From assembly GCA_965224015.1 (NCBI GenBank), contig OZ245032.1, forward strand, positions 1,516,354 to 1,580,353: a DNA stretch of 64,000 bases. Direction: 5' to 3'. The translations under genes and the position numbers were made by a program. This document shows positions 17,872 through 27,940 of the stretch, piece by piece. Source of the stretch: Hyphomicrobiales bacterium (GTDB taxonomy: Bacteria; Pseudomonadota; Alphaproteobacteria; Rhizobiales; CBDCVD01). Position 1 is the first letter of the stretch; the number at the start of each line of letters is the position of its first letter. Below the pieces are notes generated by a model that had not been told where the DNA came from, searched no databases, and saw only the letters and a list, made by a program, of their open reading frames with translations.

Positions 17872-20115
17872 ATGGATTTATCATACAAGAACTTTGCAAT
17901 CGACATTGACGGTGACGGCATTGCCTTGATCACCTGGGACATGCCGGAACGCTCGATGAATGTGCTGTCGGAAAGCTCCATGAACGAGCTTGATGCCCTT
18001 ATTAACGCGATCACCATTCACGAGGACATCAAAGGCGCGGTCATCACCTCGGGCAAGGAGACATTTTGCGCCGGCGCCGATCTGACCATGCTGGAAGCCC
18101 TGACTGGAGAGTATCATCGAGCCGCGGCGGGGGGCGGCGATTTGCGCGATGCCAAGTCCCAGGTGTTTGCCCAAGGCCGCAAACTGTCACTCATGTTTCG
18201 CCGTTTGGAGACCTGTGGCAAGCCTGTAGCGGCCGCACTGACCGGCACCGCTGTTGGCGGCGGCTGGGAGCTTGCCCTGTCTTGTCATGCACGATTTGCA
18301 ACTGACAACGACAAAGCCAGGTTCGGTTTGCCCGAGGTCAAGGTCGGCCTGATGCCCGGCGCCGGAGGCACGCAACGGATTGCCCGCATGCTCAAACCCG
18401 ACGATGCGCTGCGGCTTTTGCTTCAGGGCACGCAATTGCCTGCAAAAAAGGCAAAAGCCAGCGGCCTTCTCAATGCCGTGGTGGCAAAGGATGAACTGAT
18501 AAAAACCGCAAAGGCGTGGGTGAAAGACAACCCAAAAGCCGTCGCCCCGTGGGACAAGTCCGACTTTCGCCTGCCAGGCGGACGGGTCTATTCACCAGGA
18601 GGCATGATGATTTTCCCCGCCGCCAACGCCATATACCGCAAAACCACCTACGATAATTATCCCGGCGCCCGCGCCATTCTTTCCGCGGTCTATGAAGGCC
18701 TCCTCTTGCCCATGGACCAGGCGCTTACCGTTGAGGCGCGGTATTTCGCCAATATCATGATGACCCCTGAGGCCAATGCGATGATCCGTTCGCTGTTTAT
18801 TTCCATGCAGGATCTGGGCAAGGGCGCGCGCCGGCCCGAGGGGGTGGCGCCGAGCACGATCAACAAGGTCGGGATTCTCGGGGCTGGATTTATGGGTGCC
18901 GGTGTTGCCTATGTGACGGCGGCAGCGGGTATGGACGTGGTCCTGCTTGATCGCGATCAGGCGGCAGCCGATAAGGGTAGGGCCCATTGCGACAAGCTCA
19001 TCTCCGAGCGTGTTGCCAAAGGCCGCGCTAAGGCAAACGACAAGACGGCCTTGCTGGCGCGCATTCAACCCACCACCAATTATAACGATCTTGGCGATTG
19101 CGACCTGATTATCGAGGCGGTTTTCGAGGATGCTGAGATCAAGGCGGGGGTGATCAAAAAGACGCAAGCGGTTATTGACAAGGACTGTATTTTCGCCTCC
19201 AACACGTCCACCCTGCCGATCACCGATCTGGCTAAAAACTTTAGCCGTCAGGATCAGTTTGTCGGGATCCATTTTTTCTCGCCGGTGCATAAGATGATGC
19301 TGGTTGAAATTATCAAGGGCAGGAAAACCGGCGACAAGGCCCTTGCCACGGCGCTTGATTACGTGCGGGCGATCAAAAAGACGCCCATCGTGGTCAACGA
19401 CAGCCGAGGGTTCTACACCTCAAGAGTTGTGGGCACCTATATTGGCGAAGGGCATGAAATGTTGGCAGAGGGTATCCCCCCGGCTTTTATCGAAAACGCC
19501 GCACGCATGGCCGGCATGCCCGTCGGCCCCCTGTCGCTCAACGATGAAGTGGCCCTTGATCTGAGTTTAAAGATCATGACGGCAACAAAAAAAGCGTTGG
19601 GCGACAAGTACCGGCCTGGTGCCGGAGACGTGATTATCAACGATATGGTCACAAACCGCACGCGCCTGGGGCGCAAGAACAGCAAGGGGTTTTACGATTA
19701 TCCGGAAAAGGGCAAAGGCAAAAAGCGTCTGTGGCCGGATATCCATCAGGTGAACGGTGTCGCAGATTATCGCGAGATGGACATCACCCACGTGGAAGAG
19801 GTCAAGCAGCGCCTTTTGGTGCGCCAGGCCCTTGAGACGGCGCGTTGTTTTGAAGAGGGTGTTTTAAGCGACGTGCGCGAGGGCGATGTGGGCTCAATAC
19901 TCGGCTTTGGCTTTGCGCCCTACACCGGCGGCGCGCTGTCTTATATTGATGGCATGGGGGTTGCGAATTTCGTCAAACTGTGCCGCACGTTTGCACGCAA
20001 ATACGGCCCTCGTTTCAAGCCATGCCGACTGCTGAACCAAATGGCAAAAAACGACGAGACGTTTTACTCCCGCTTTCCCCCGCCTCAGACCATGGCCCGC
20101 GACAAGGCGGCATAA
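17872..20115 (+). CDS. fadB: Bifunctional enoyl-CoA hydratase / 3-hydroxyacyl-CoA dehydrogenase
   Basis: N-terminal crotonase fold (FCAGADL) and C-terminal NAD-binding GILGAGFMGAGVA 3HCDH domain; 747 aa. Confidence 0.8.
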   Translation: MDLSYKNFAIDIDGDGIALITWDMPERSMNVLSESSMNELDALINAITIHEDIKGAVITSGKETFCAGADLTMLEALTGEYHRAAAGGGDLRDAKSQVFAQGRKLSLMFRRLETCGKPVAAALTGTAVGGGWELALSCHARFATDNDKARFGLPEVKVGLMPGAGGTQRIARMLKPDDALRLLLQGTQLPAKKAKASGLLNAVVAKDELIKTAKAWVKDNPKAVAPWDKSDFRLPGGRVYSPGGMMIFPAANAIYRKTTYDNYPGARAILSAVYEGLLLPMDQALTVEARYFANIMMTPEANAMIRSLFISMQDLGKGARRPEGVAPSTINKVGILGAGFMGAGVAYVTAAAGMDVVLLDRDQAAADKGRAHCDKLISERVAKGRAKANDKTALLARIQPTTNYNDLGDCDLIIEAVFEDAEIKAGVIKKTQAVIDKDCIFASNTSTLPITDLAKNFSRQDQFVGIHFFSPVHKMMLVEIIKGRKTGDKALATALDYVRAIKKTPIVVNDSRGFYTSRVVGTYIGEGHEMLAEGIPPAFIENAARMAGMPVGPLSLNDEVALDLSLKIMTATKKALGDKYRPGAGDVIINDMVTNRTRLGRKNSKGFYDYPEKGKGKKRLWPDIHQVNGVADYREMDITHVEEVKQRLLVRQALETARCFEEGVLSDVREGDVGSILGFGFAPYTGGALSYIDGMGVANFVKLCRTFARKYGPRFKPCRLLNQMAKNDETFYSRFPPPQTMARDKAA

Positions 20116-20450
20116 CCCGGGTTTACGGTGCGGCCTCCTGCTTGATCGGACCACCTGAAAACCTATTGACGGACTTGGGCAGGTAGATGCCCATGAATCC
20201 CATTAAACGCATTTTGCTATAGAACGCCATAGCGCCATAGCGCCATGATTGGCAAAGCCTTAACAGGAGGGGCAAGTTTATTCTCAACTATACGTTTTAT
20301 TAATATAGACAATATATCTTAAAGTTGCATGTCATGAAACGTGCAAGTGCAGAGAGCTTATCACCCAATGGGTTCTCTGGAATGCCTTATCACCGCCCTT
20401 GCCAGGGTCGTCTCACGATGGCCCTGGCATTCTCTTATGCGCAAAGCTAC

Positions 20451-21617
20451 CTACAGAGGCAGAGCCCGCTCGGCGAGGCGGGCGAAAAACGAACAGCCAT
20501 AGGGAATGGCTTCGTCGTTGAAGTCATAACCCGGGTGGTGCAGGCCCGCCGTGTCGCCATTGCCCATAAAGATAAACGCTCCGGGCTTTTCCTTCAGATA
20601 GAAAGAAAAGTCCTCAGCCCCCATGGTGGGTTTGCGATCACGGTCAACGCGGTCACGACCGACGATCTCGTCACCGATTGTGGCGGCGAACTCTGTCTCT
20701 TGCTCATGATTGACCGTGGGGGGATATCCATGGATGTAGGAGAAGTCGGCGCTGGCGCCGTGCATGGCGGCAATGGACGTTGCAATTGATCGGGTGCGCT
20801 CTTCAAGCCACGCGCGGGTTTCGGGCACCAAAGCACGCACGGTTCCGCTCATGACAGCCTTGGGCGGAATAACATTGTCCGTGGTGCCCGCGTCGATTTT
20901 TGTGATCGAAATTACCGCCGTGTCAACGGGATCGAGATTGCGCGCAATCACCGTCTGATAGGCATTGACAATTTGCATGGCGATCATCACCGGATCAATG
21001 GTGTTGTGGGGCATGGCCGCGTGTCCGCCCTGGCCGTTTATGGTGATTTTGAGCGTGTCTGCGGAGGCCATTAAAGGACCGCTGCGAATGGCGAAGTCTC
21101 CCACATCGACACCGGGGAAATTGTGCAGGCCATAGATTGCCTCAGCAGGCCAGCGAGAAAACAGCCCGTCATCGATCATCGCTTTGGCGCCCGCACCTCC
21201 CTCCTCAGCAGGTTGAAACACCAATACGACCGCCCCATCGAAGTTGCGCGTCTCGGCCAAATACCGGGCCGCCCCCAGCAACATCGCCGTATGGCCATCG
21301 TGGCCACAGGCATGCATACGCCCGGGGATTGTCGAAGCCCAGGGCTTGTCCGTCTCCTCGTGAATGGGCAGTGCGTCCATGTCTGCGCGCAAGGCCACGG
21401 CACGACCGCTCGCATTCTGCTTGCCGCGAATGACCCCCACCACGCCGGTCTTTCCCACCCCGGTGACCACTTCGTCGCAGCCAAAGTCACGCAGCAATCC
21501 TGCGACCTTATCGGCTGTGCGATGGAGCTCGTACTGGAGCTCCGGATGGGCATGAATATCACGACGCCACGCGCTAATATCAGCCTGAAACTCCGCCATG
21601 CGATTTATGATTGCCAT
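20451..21617 (-). CDS. M20D-family amidohydrolase (hippurate hydrolase / N-acyl-amino-acid amidohydrolase-like)
   Basis: HAHPEL...HACGHDGH metal-binding motifs of peptidase M20D. The true start is likely the internal Met (MAIINRM) rather than the extended ORF start at 21689. Confidence 0.7.
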   Translation of the reverse strand: MAIINRMAEFQADISAWRRDIHAHPELQYELHRTADKVAGLLRDFGCDEVVTGVGKTGVVGVIRGKQNASGRAVALRADMDALPIHEETDKPWASTIPGRMHACGHDGHTAMLLGAARYLAETRNFDGAVVLVFQPAEEGGAGAKAMIDDGLFSRWPAEAIYGLHNFPGVDVGDFAIRSGPLMASADTLKITINGQGGHAAMPHNTIDPVMIAMQIVNAYQTVIARNLDPVDTAVISITKIDAGTTDNVIPPKAVMSGTVRALVPETRAWLEERTRSIATSIAAMHGASADFSYIHGYPPTVNHEQETEFAATIGDEIVGRDRVDRDRKPTMGAEDFSFYLKEKPGAFIFMGNGDTAGLHHPGYDFNDEAIPYGCSFFARLAERALPL

Positions 21618-21685
21618 GCGAATCGCCTTCCATTTGTATTTTGTAGGAGGAAACGCAACGGCGCTCCCGTTGGTTTCATCAAGAT

Positions 21686-22954
21686 TCAAGTAACTCCGGC
21701 GCGAATGTGATATTGGGGCTTACGCCACTCTTCGTGTGCAAGGCACGTTAGCAGACAATGGGCCGCATCCCAAACATCAACATAGCGCAAATAATAGGGG
21801 GAAAAGCCAAAACGCATCAAGTCAGGGGCGCGAAAATCACCAATAATATTGCGCCCGATCATTGCCTGAACAAGGGCATAGGCATGATCCCAATAATAGG
21901 ACACCTGAGCGCCGCGCTCGTCGCAGCAGCGCGGTGAGGCCAGTTTGAGACCGTATGAGGCACCAGCATCGGCACTATCAATCAAAGTGATGAACAGGTC
22001 CGCTAATTTTTGTGATTTATCACGCACCAGTGCCAGGTTCGCCCCCCTGGCAATATCAAGCCCCGCCTCCATGGCGCGCATGGAGAGAACCGGCTGGGTG
22101 CCACACAAAAACCTGGCAATACCCGGATCCGGTTGGTACGCCTTGTCGAAGTCGAAGGGGCGGGCGTGCCCCCACCAGCCACAAAGAGGTTGCCGAATTT
22201 GGCTCTGATGACGCCTTGCACAATAGACAAAAGCAGGAGAGCCCGGCCCGCCGTTAAGATACTTGTAGGTACACCCCACCGCCAGGTCGACATTGTGAGC
22301 GCTCACATCTACAGGAACAACTCCGGCACTATGGGAAAGGTCCCAGATCATGAGCGCTCCAACGTCATGGACCGCCTTGGTTATAGCACCAAGGTCAAGC
22401 AAATACCCGGTGCGGTAGTCCACATGAGACAGAACAACGACGGCAACCTGCGCGTCAAGGGCCGCTTCGAGCTCCGTATCGGCGCGCCTGAGCAATCGAC
22501 GCTGGATATTCTTGCGCGCGCCCATCGCACCTTCCAGTATATAGAGATCTGTGGGAAAACTTGACGCCTCGGATACAATAACCGTGCGCTCAGGGCGAAG
22601 GGCCAACGCTCCCATAACCGCCTTATATAAGTTTATTGACGTCGTGTCGGTAACGACAACTTCACCCTCTCTTGCCCCAATAAGAGGAGCGAGCTTATTG
22701 CCGAGATGCTTTGGCAGGTCAAACCAGCGGGCGTCGTTCCAACTGCGAATGAGTCCGTCTCCCCACTCCTGGCTTACCGCGTGCGCAATCGCATCCCTTG
22801 CAGCCACCGGCAGGAGTCCGAGAGAGTTCCCATCAAGATAGATCGTATTGTCAGGCAACGAGAATTTGTGACGCAAGGGTGCCAAGGGGCATTGTTCATC
22901 GCGCGTTTGACAATCGGCGCGAGATATCGACAAGATTGGCTTGCTTTGGCCCAT
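21686..22954 (-). CDS. kynU: Kynureninase
   Basis: LPDNTIYLDGNSLG start motif, PLP-fold class V, and a C-terminal FSPYYLRYVDVWDA-like region. The true start is probably MGQSKP at 22954; the long upstream extension is unlikely. Confidence 0.7.
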   Translation of the reverse strand: MGQSKPILSISRADCQTRDEQCPLAPLRHKFSLPDNTIYLDGNSLGLLPVAARDAIAHAVSQEWGDGLIRSWNDARWFDLPKHLGNKLAPLIGAREGEVVVTDTTSINLYKAVMGALALRPERTVIVSEASSFPTDLYILEGAMGARKNIQRRLLRRADTELEAALDAQVAVVVLSHVDYRTGYLLDLGAITKAVHDVGALMIWDLSHSAGVVPVDVSAHNVDLAVGCTYKYLNGGPGSPAFVYCARRHQSQIRQPLCGWWGHARPFDFDKAYQPDPGIARFLCGTQPVLSMRAMEAGLDIARGANLALVRDKSQKLADLFITLIDSADAGASYGLKLASPRCCDERGAQVSYYWDHAYALVQAMIGRNIIGDFRAPDLMRFGFSPYYLRYVDVWDAAHCLLTCLAHEEWRKPQYHIRAGVT

Positions 22955-23108
22955 TGATGTATTGCTCCGACGCCGCGTTCGGCCTACATTAATGTTAGTA
23001 CTTGTATTTATGGCGCACCACCATCTGGCTCCAACAGGAGCCAGCGTGCTGATCGCGCACCCATTCTTGATCAGGCCATGAGGCCTGCGCCAAGGCACGA
23101 TACCAACA

Positions 23109-23945
23109 ATGACCCGGCGCCAAAAGCGTCAACAACAGATTTCCGGGATAAAGCTTTTGTTGTCTGTGGACAAACTATCAAAACGTTTCGGTGGCTTTTA
23201 TGCACTCAATGATTGCTCCCTGACGGTCGAGGCGGGAACGATCACCGGCATCATCGGCCCCAACGGCGCCGGGAAAACAACTCTGTTCAATCTTGTTGCG
23301 GGCGCTTTTGCACCCACGCAAGGGGTTGTTCGTTTTATGGACGATGATGTGACCGGACTTAAGTCCCACGAACTGTTTGCCCGCGGTATCTTGCGCACTT
23401 TTCAAATTCCTCATGAATTTGCCAAATTGTCGGTCCTTGAAAACTTGATGGTTGTCCCGCCGTTTCAGTCGGGTGAACGGTTGCGCGCCAACTGGATTGA
23501 CCGTAAGCGGGTCGTTAATCAGGAGGCAAAGACACGCGAAAATGCGCAGGAAGTTCTTGATTTTCTGGAACTCGGCCATGTAGCCAAAGAGCGCGCGGGC
23601 AACCTGTCTGGCGGTCAGAAAAAGCTCCTTGAGCTTGGTCGCACCATGATGACCGATGCCAAACTGGTACTGTTGGATGAGCCGGCGGCGGGAGTTAACC
23701 GCACCCTGTTAAAAAAGCTCAGCGCCAATATTCGCCACCTCAATAAGGCGCGCGGCTATACGTTCTGTGTCATTGAGCACGACATGGACTTCATTGAGGA
23801 CCTTTGTGATCCGGTGATTTGCATGGCACGGGGAAGCGTTTTGACGCAAGGGACCTTCGATCAGGTGCGCCGTAATGCAGCCGTTTTGGAGGCTTATCTC
23901 GGCGCCCCCGAAACTGTGACCGGTGCTGTCGAGGGATGCCCATGA
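23109..23945 (+). CDS. livG: ABC transporter ATP-binding protein (branched-chain amino acid type, LivG-like)
   Basis: Walker A GPNGAGKTT, signature LSGGQKKLLELGR, Walker B LLDEPAAG. Confidence 0.75.
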   Translation: MTRRQKRQQQISGIKLLLSVDKLSKRFGGFYALNDCSLTVEAGTITGIIGPNGAGKTTLFNLVAGAFAPTQGVVRFMDDDVTGLKSHELFARGILRTFQIPHEFAKLSVLENLMVVPPFQSGERLRANWIDRKRVVNQEAKTRENAQEVLDFLELGHVAKERAGNLSGGQKKLLELGRTMMTDAKLVLLDEPAAGVNRTLLKKLSANIRHLNKARGYTFCVIEHDMDFIEDLCDPVICMARGSVLTQGTFDQVRRNAAVLEAYLGAPETVTGAVEGCP

Positions 23946-24646
23946 GCCTTCTCGACATGCGCAATCTCACCGCCGGATACACAGAGGCCGATATTCTGTT
24001 CGACCTGTCCTTGCGAGTGGAGCAAAACGAGATCGTGGTGATTATCGGCCCCAACGGCGCGGGCAAATCAACGGCCATGCGCGCCGTGTTTGGCTTGTTG
24101 CATGTGCGCCAGGGCACAATCACGTTCGATGGTGCCGATATTACCACATGGCGCCCCAATGCCATCGCCGAGCAGGGCGTCTCTTACGTGCCTCAGGTTG
24201 ACAATATTTTTCCCTCCATGACCATTGAGGAAAACCTGGAAATGGGCGCCTTTCTCTTGCGCAGCGGTCTTGGAGAGCTTAAAGCCAATGTCTATAATCT
24301 GTTCCCGCCGCTGCGCGACAAAAAACACGATCTGGCGGGCGCACTTTCGGGCGGTTTGCGGCAGATGGTGGCGATGGGACGCGCGCTCATGCTGGAGCCT
24401 AAGCTCATTTTGCTTGATGAGCCAACAGCGGGCCTGTCGCCGAAATATATGGATCAGATCTTTCACATCGTAAAGGACCTGAACGATTATGGGGTGGCGA
24501 TCCTGATGGTAGAGCAAAACGCCAAACAGGCGCTGCGCATCGCCGATCGCGGCTATGTCCTGGCAACAGGACGCAATCGGTTTGAGGATACGGGTAAGGC
24601 GCTTCTCAATAACCAGCAAATGGCCGCATTGTTCTTTGGCGGCTGA
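23936..24646 (+). CDS. livF: ABC transporter ATP-binding protein (LivF-like)
   Basis: GPNGAGKST, LSGGLRQMVAMGRAL, LLDEPTAGLSP. Overlaps the upstream gene. Confidence 0.75.
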   Translation: MPMSLLDMRNLTAGYTEADILFDLSLRVEQNEIVVIIGPNGAGKSTAMRAVFGLLHVRQGTITFDGADITTWRPNAIAEQGVSYVPQVDNIFPSMTIEENLEMGAFLLRSGLGELKANVYNLFPPLRDKKHDLAGALSGGLRQMVAMGRALMLEPKLILLDEPTAGLSPKYMDQIFHIVKDLNDYGVAILMVEQNAKQALRIADRGYVLATGRNRFEDTGKALLNNQQMAALFFGG

Positions 24647-24691
24647 GGGCTTCGACAGCCCCTGGACGCAAATCATATCAACGGGATTGCG

Positions 24692-25576
24692 ATGGAATTT
24701 ATCAATTTTTACGTTATGCCGGGCCTGCTGTCCGGGTGCATTTATGCCCTTGGGGCAATCGGCGTAACGTTGATTTTTGGCGTCTTGCGGTTTGCCCATT
24801 TGGCCCATGGGGATATGCTAACCTTTGGTGGCTTTGTGGGGTTGGCGTTCGTACAGACGCTGGGGATTTCTCCCTACATGGCCTTGCCTCTGGCAATGGT
24901 AGGCGGGGCCATGGTAGCGGTGGCCATTGATGAGACCTTTTATTCGCGCCTGCGCACACGTCCTGCGATTATTGTCGTGATGTCATCATTGGGTGTGGCG
25001 CTTATGTTGCGGGCTTTGGTGTTGACGATCTGGGGCGCCGATCCCTTTCTCTATGTCAAAGGCATCCAACGCCCCAACGATATTGCTGGTCTGCTTGTTA
25101 AAAATCGCGAACTGGTTATTCTGGGTGCGACGGCTGTGCTGGTCCTGGTTCTCCACATATTTTTGACACGCACCCGCTGGGGAAAGGCCATGCGGGCCAT
25201 GTCGGACAACCGCCAACTGGCGCAATTTTGCGGCATTGATACCCGCGCTGTCACCCGATTAACGTGGATCGTTGGCGGTGGTCTGGCGGCGGCGGCGGGG
25301 GTGTTCATGGGGCTCAACAATGCGGTTGATTCTCACATGGGCTGGGGGGCGTTGCTGCCGATCTTTGCCGCCGCCATTCTTGGTGGTGTCGGCAATCCCC
25401 TGGGCGCGGCAGCCGGAGGGCTCATTATCGGTCTGGCCGAGGAGCTTTCGACCTATCCCTTCATCGGTGCAAGTGCGCTCATCTCCCCTGCCTACAAAAC
25501 CGCTGTCGCTTTTGCCATTCTCGTTGCCCTCCTGTTGTGGCGCCCCACGGGATTGTTCAAGGGCAAGGTCCTGTAG
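24692..25576 (+). CDS. livH: Branched-chain amino acid ABC transporter permease (LivH-like)
   Basis: Polytopic membrane protein of the LivH/BPD_transp_2 type. Confidence 0.7.
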   Translation: MEFINFYVMPGLLSGCIYALGAIGVTLIFGVLRFAHLAHGDMLTFGGFVGLAFVQTLGISPYMALPLAMVGGAMVAVAIDETFYSRLRTRPAIIVVMSSLGVALMLRALVLTIWGADPFLYVKGIQRPNDIAGLLVKNRELVILGATAVLVLVLHIFLTRTRWGKAMRAMSDNRQLAQFCGIDTRAVTRLTWIVGGGLAAAAGVFMGLNNAVDSHMGWGALLPIFAAAILGGVGNPLGAAAGGLIIGLAEELSTYPFIGASALISPAYKTAVAFAILVALLLWRPTGLFKGKVL

Positions 25577-25594
25577 ATGCGGAAAAGGTGCTGA

Positions 25595-26578
25595 TTGATG
25601 ACCGGCTACTACCTCTATCTGGTTAGCTTTTTAACCTCAGTGGGCATATTTGCCGTCCTGGCATTGGGGCTTAATATCCAATGGGGCTTTACCGGTTTGT
25701 TTAACGTGGGAATTGCCGGATTTTTTGCGGTTGGCGCCTACACCAGCGCAATATTGACGACACCGGAGAGCAGCAATCATCTGGGTGGTTTCGGATTGCC
25801 GATTCTTGTTGGCTGGGTGGCGGCAGCACTGGCGTCAGGGGTGGTGGCCTTTTTGATCGGCAAGGTCTGCCTGCATCTACGCTCCGACTATTTGGCCATC
25901 GGTACGATCGGCATCGCCGAAATTCTGCGTTTGATTATGAAAAACGAAGACTGGCTCACCAGCGGTGCCAATGGAATTGACAAAATCCCCAGCCCATTTG
26001 ATGGGTTTGGCCCTGTTATGACGCAATCCCTGTACCTTGCGCTGGTGCTCGGTGTGGTAGTGATTGTATACGTTGCCAGTGAGGCGCAAATTCGCGCACC
26101 GTGGGGGCGGATGATGCGGGCCATTCGCGATCGCGAGGTTGCCGCGGCGGCAATGGGCAAGGACATCGACGCGCGCCGTCTTGAGGCGTTTATTCTGGGA
26201 GCGATGATCATGGGGCTTGCGGGCGCTTTGCAGGCGCATTTTTTCAAATTCTTCGCCCCTGAATCGAGCGACCCGATGATCGCCACGTTTCTCGTGTGGG
26301 TGATGTTGATTCTCGGCGGCAGTGGCAACAACCGAGGCGCCATTCTTGGCGCTTTGCTTGTTTGGGCAATCTGGTCAGCCACCGAGTTTATAACGCAAAA
26401 CCTGCTACCCGGCGAATACGCCATTACAGCCGCTTATTTTCGTATGTTCTTGATTGGCTTTGTGCTACAAGTCATTTTGATCCTGCGCCCGGAGGGAATT
26501 TTACCCGAGCCGGAGGCGCAAATCCGCGCATCAGGCGATGATACACAGGAACAGGTTCGTCATTCACGCATCGATTGA
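25595..26578 (+). CDS. livM: Branched-chain amino acid ABC transporter permease (LivM-like)
   Basis: Polytopic permease paired with the LivH-like gene. Confidence 0.7.
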   Translation: MMTGYYLYLVSFLTSVGIFAVLALGLNIQWGFTGLFNVGIAGFFAVGAYTSAILTTPESSNHLGGFGLPILVGWVAAALASGVVAFLIGKVCLHLRSDYLAIGTIGIAEILRLIMKNEDWLTSGANGIDKIPSPFDGFGPVMTQSLYLALVLGVVVIVYVASEAQIRAPWGRMMRAIRDREVAAAAMGKDIDARRLEAFILGAMIMGLAGALQAHFFKFFAPESSDPMIATFLVWVMLILGGSGNNRGAILGALLVWAIWSATEFITQNLLPGEYAITAAYFRMFLIGFVLQVILILRPEGILPEPEAQIRASGDDTQEQVRHSRID

Positions 26579-26614
26579 CTATAATGACGTGAAATTTGTT
26601 AGGAGGAGAGAACG

Positions 26615-27817
26615 ATGATAAGGAAACGAATAGCCGCCGTGGGTCTGGCTTTGGCCGTGAGTCTCGGCACGGCGATGGCCGATGAGGTCAAGGTGGGTTT
26701 TGCGGGCGGTATCACCGGCCCCATCGCGTCCCTGGCCCCCCCGATTCTGCAGGCTGCTCAGATGGCCATTGATGAATACAACGCTGCTGTGGGCGATGAG
26801 GGGTTGAAAATCGCGGTTGTGACCGGCGACAGCCAGTGTAATCCGCAAGCCGCGGTGGACACAGTGACGAAAATGGTGAACGTGGACCAAGTCGCCGCCG
26901 TCTTTGGACCCATGTGCTCAGGCGCCACCATTGCCGCTGCAAATTCAGTAACCATTCCCAACAATGTTGCGATTCTGTCGGCAACGGCCACCGCACCGGA
27001 GGTAACGAACCTTGATGACAGGGACCTGGTGTTTCGCGTCGCCCCCTCGGACGACTATCAAGGCAAGATTTCGGCCGAATATGTTTACAACACCATGGGT
27101 AAAAGAAAGGTCGCCGTTACCTACGTCAACAACGACTATGGCAAGGGCCTGAACAAGGCGTTTCTCGCCCGCTTTGCCGAACTCGGCGGTGAGATTACCG
27201 GCACAAGCGCTCACGAAGACAAAAAACAGACCTACCGTTCCGATCTGGCCACATTGGCCAAAGGCGGCGCCGATACGCTGGTGATCTTTGCCTACGGAGA
27301 GGGATCGGGCCTGACAATCCTGCGCGAGTCCCTGGAAAACGGACTGTTTAAGGCGTTTGTCGGTGGCGATGGTATGAAGAGCGACAAGGTGATCAGCGAA
27401 TTGGGCGCCGACAATCTGAAAACCTTTACGGTCACCCATCCTTTTACTGATAAAGCCGAAAACTCCTGGGATGCATTTGAAAAGGCCTTTATTGCCCGCA
27501 AAGGAGATCCGAACTCAACGTTCGTTGGTCAGGGCTACGACGCGGGCATGATCCTCGCTCTGGCCATTGCCAAGGCCGGTGGTGGTGATCGTGCTGCTGT
27601 TGCCAAAGCGATCCGCGACGTGGCGACGGAGCCGGGTGAGATCGTTCGCCCCGGTGAAATCAAAAAGGCGCTGCAATTGATAAAGAACGGCAAGGCCATT
27701 GATTATTCGGGGGCGACCGGGTTTCATGACTTTGACAAAAATGGCGATGTTGGCGGCACCTATGCGGTAAACGTCGTCAAAGACGACAAATACGTACAAA
27801 CGGCGATCTTAAAATAA
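26615..27817 (+). CDS. Periplasmic substrate-binding protein of a Liv-type ABC system (family 4 SBP)
   Basis: Signal peptide MIRKRIAAVGLALAVSLGTAMA. VKVGFAGGITGP...VFGPMCSG is typical of Leu/Ile/Val-binding protein folds. Confidence 0.7.
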   Translation: MIRKRIAAVGLALAVSLGTAMADEVKVGFAGGITGPIASLAPPILQAAQMAIDEYNAAVGDEGLKIAVVTGDSQCNPQAAVDTVTKMVNVDQVAAVFGPMCSGATIAAANSVTIPNNVAILSATATAPEVTNLDDRDLVFRVAPSDDYQGKISAEYVYNTMGKRKVAVTYVNNDYGKGLNKAFLARFAELGGEITGTSAHEDKKQTYRSDLATLAKGGADTLVIFAYGEGSGLTILRESLENGLFKAFVGGDGMKSDKVISELGADNLKTFTVTHPFTDKAENSWDAFEKAFIARKGDPNSTFVGQGYDAGMILALAIAKAGGGDRAAVAKAIRDVATEPGEIVRPGEIKKALQLIKNGKAIDYSGATGFHDFDKNGDVGGTYAVNVVKDDKYVQTAILK

Positions 27818-27854
27818 TCTCTTGAATGATTGTTTCGTGATTGTTGCTGCCATC

Positions 27855-27900
27855 GCTGCTTGTTTTCGGCGATGGCGGCTTCGTTTTGTCTGGAACATTT
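27855..27900 (+). terminator. Rho-independent terminator after the SBP gene
   Basis: Hairpin gccatcgc...gcgatggc followed by cttcgttttgtc. Confidence 0.45.
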
Positions 27901-27940
27901 TGTTGTTCGGTCGAACCAAAAAGGGCTTGGGAAGTCTCCC

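Noticed and set aside
16451-19290. Large antisense ORFs inside fadA (16451..17140) and fadB (18592..19290)
   Set aside because: They are embedded opposite highly conserved enzyme genes, with no independent signals.
21618-23098. Long N-terminal extensions on the M20 hydrolase (start at 21689) and kynureninase (start at 23098) ORFs
   Set aside because: Homologous proteins start at the internal Mets (MAIINRM; MGQSKPILSI). The extensions are low-complexity and would make the two genes overlap.
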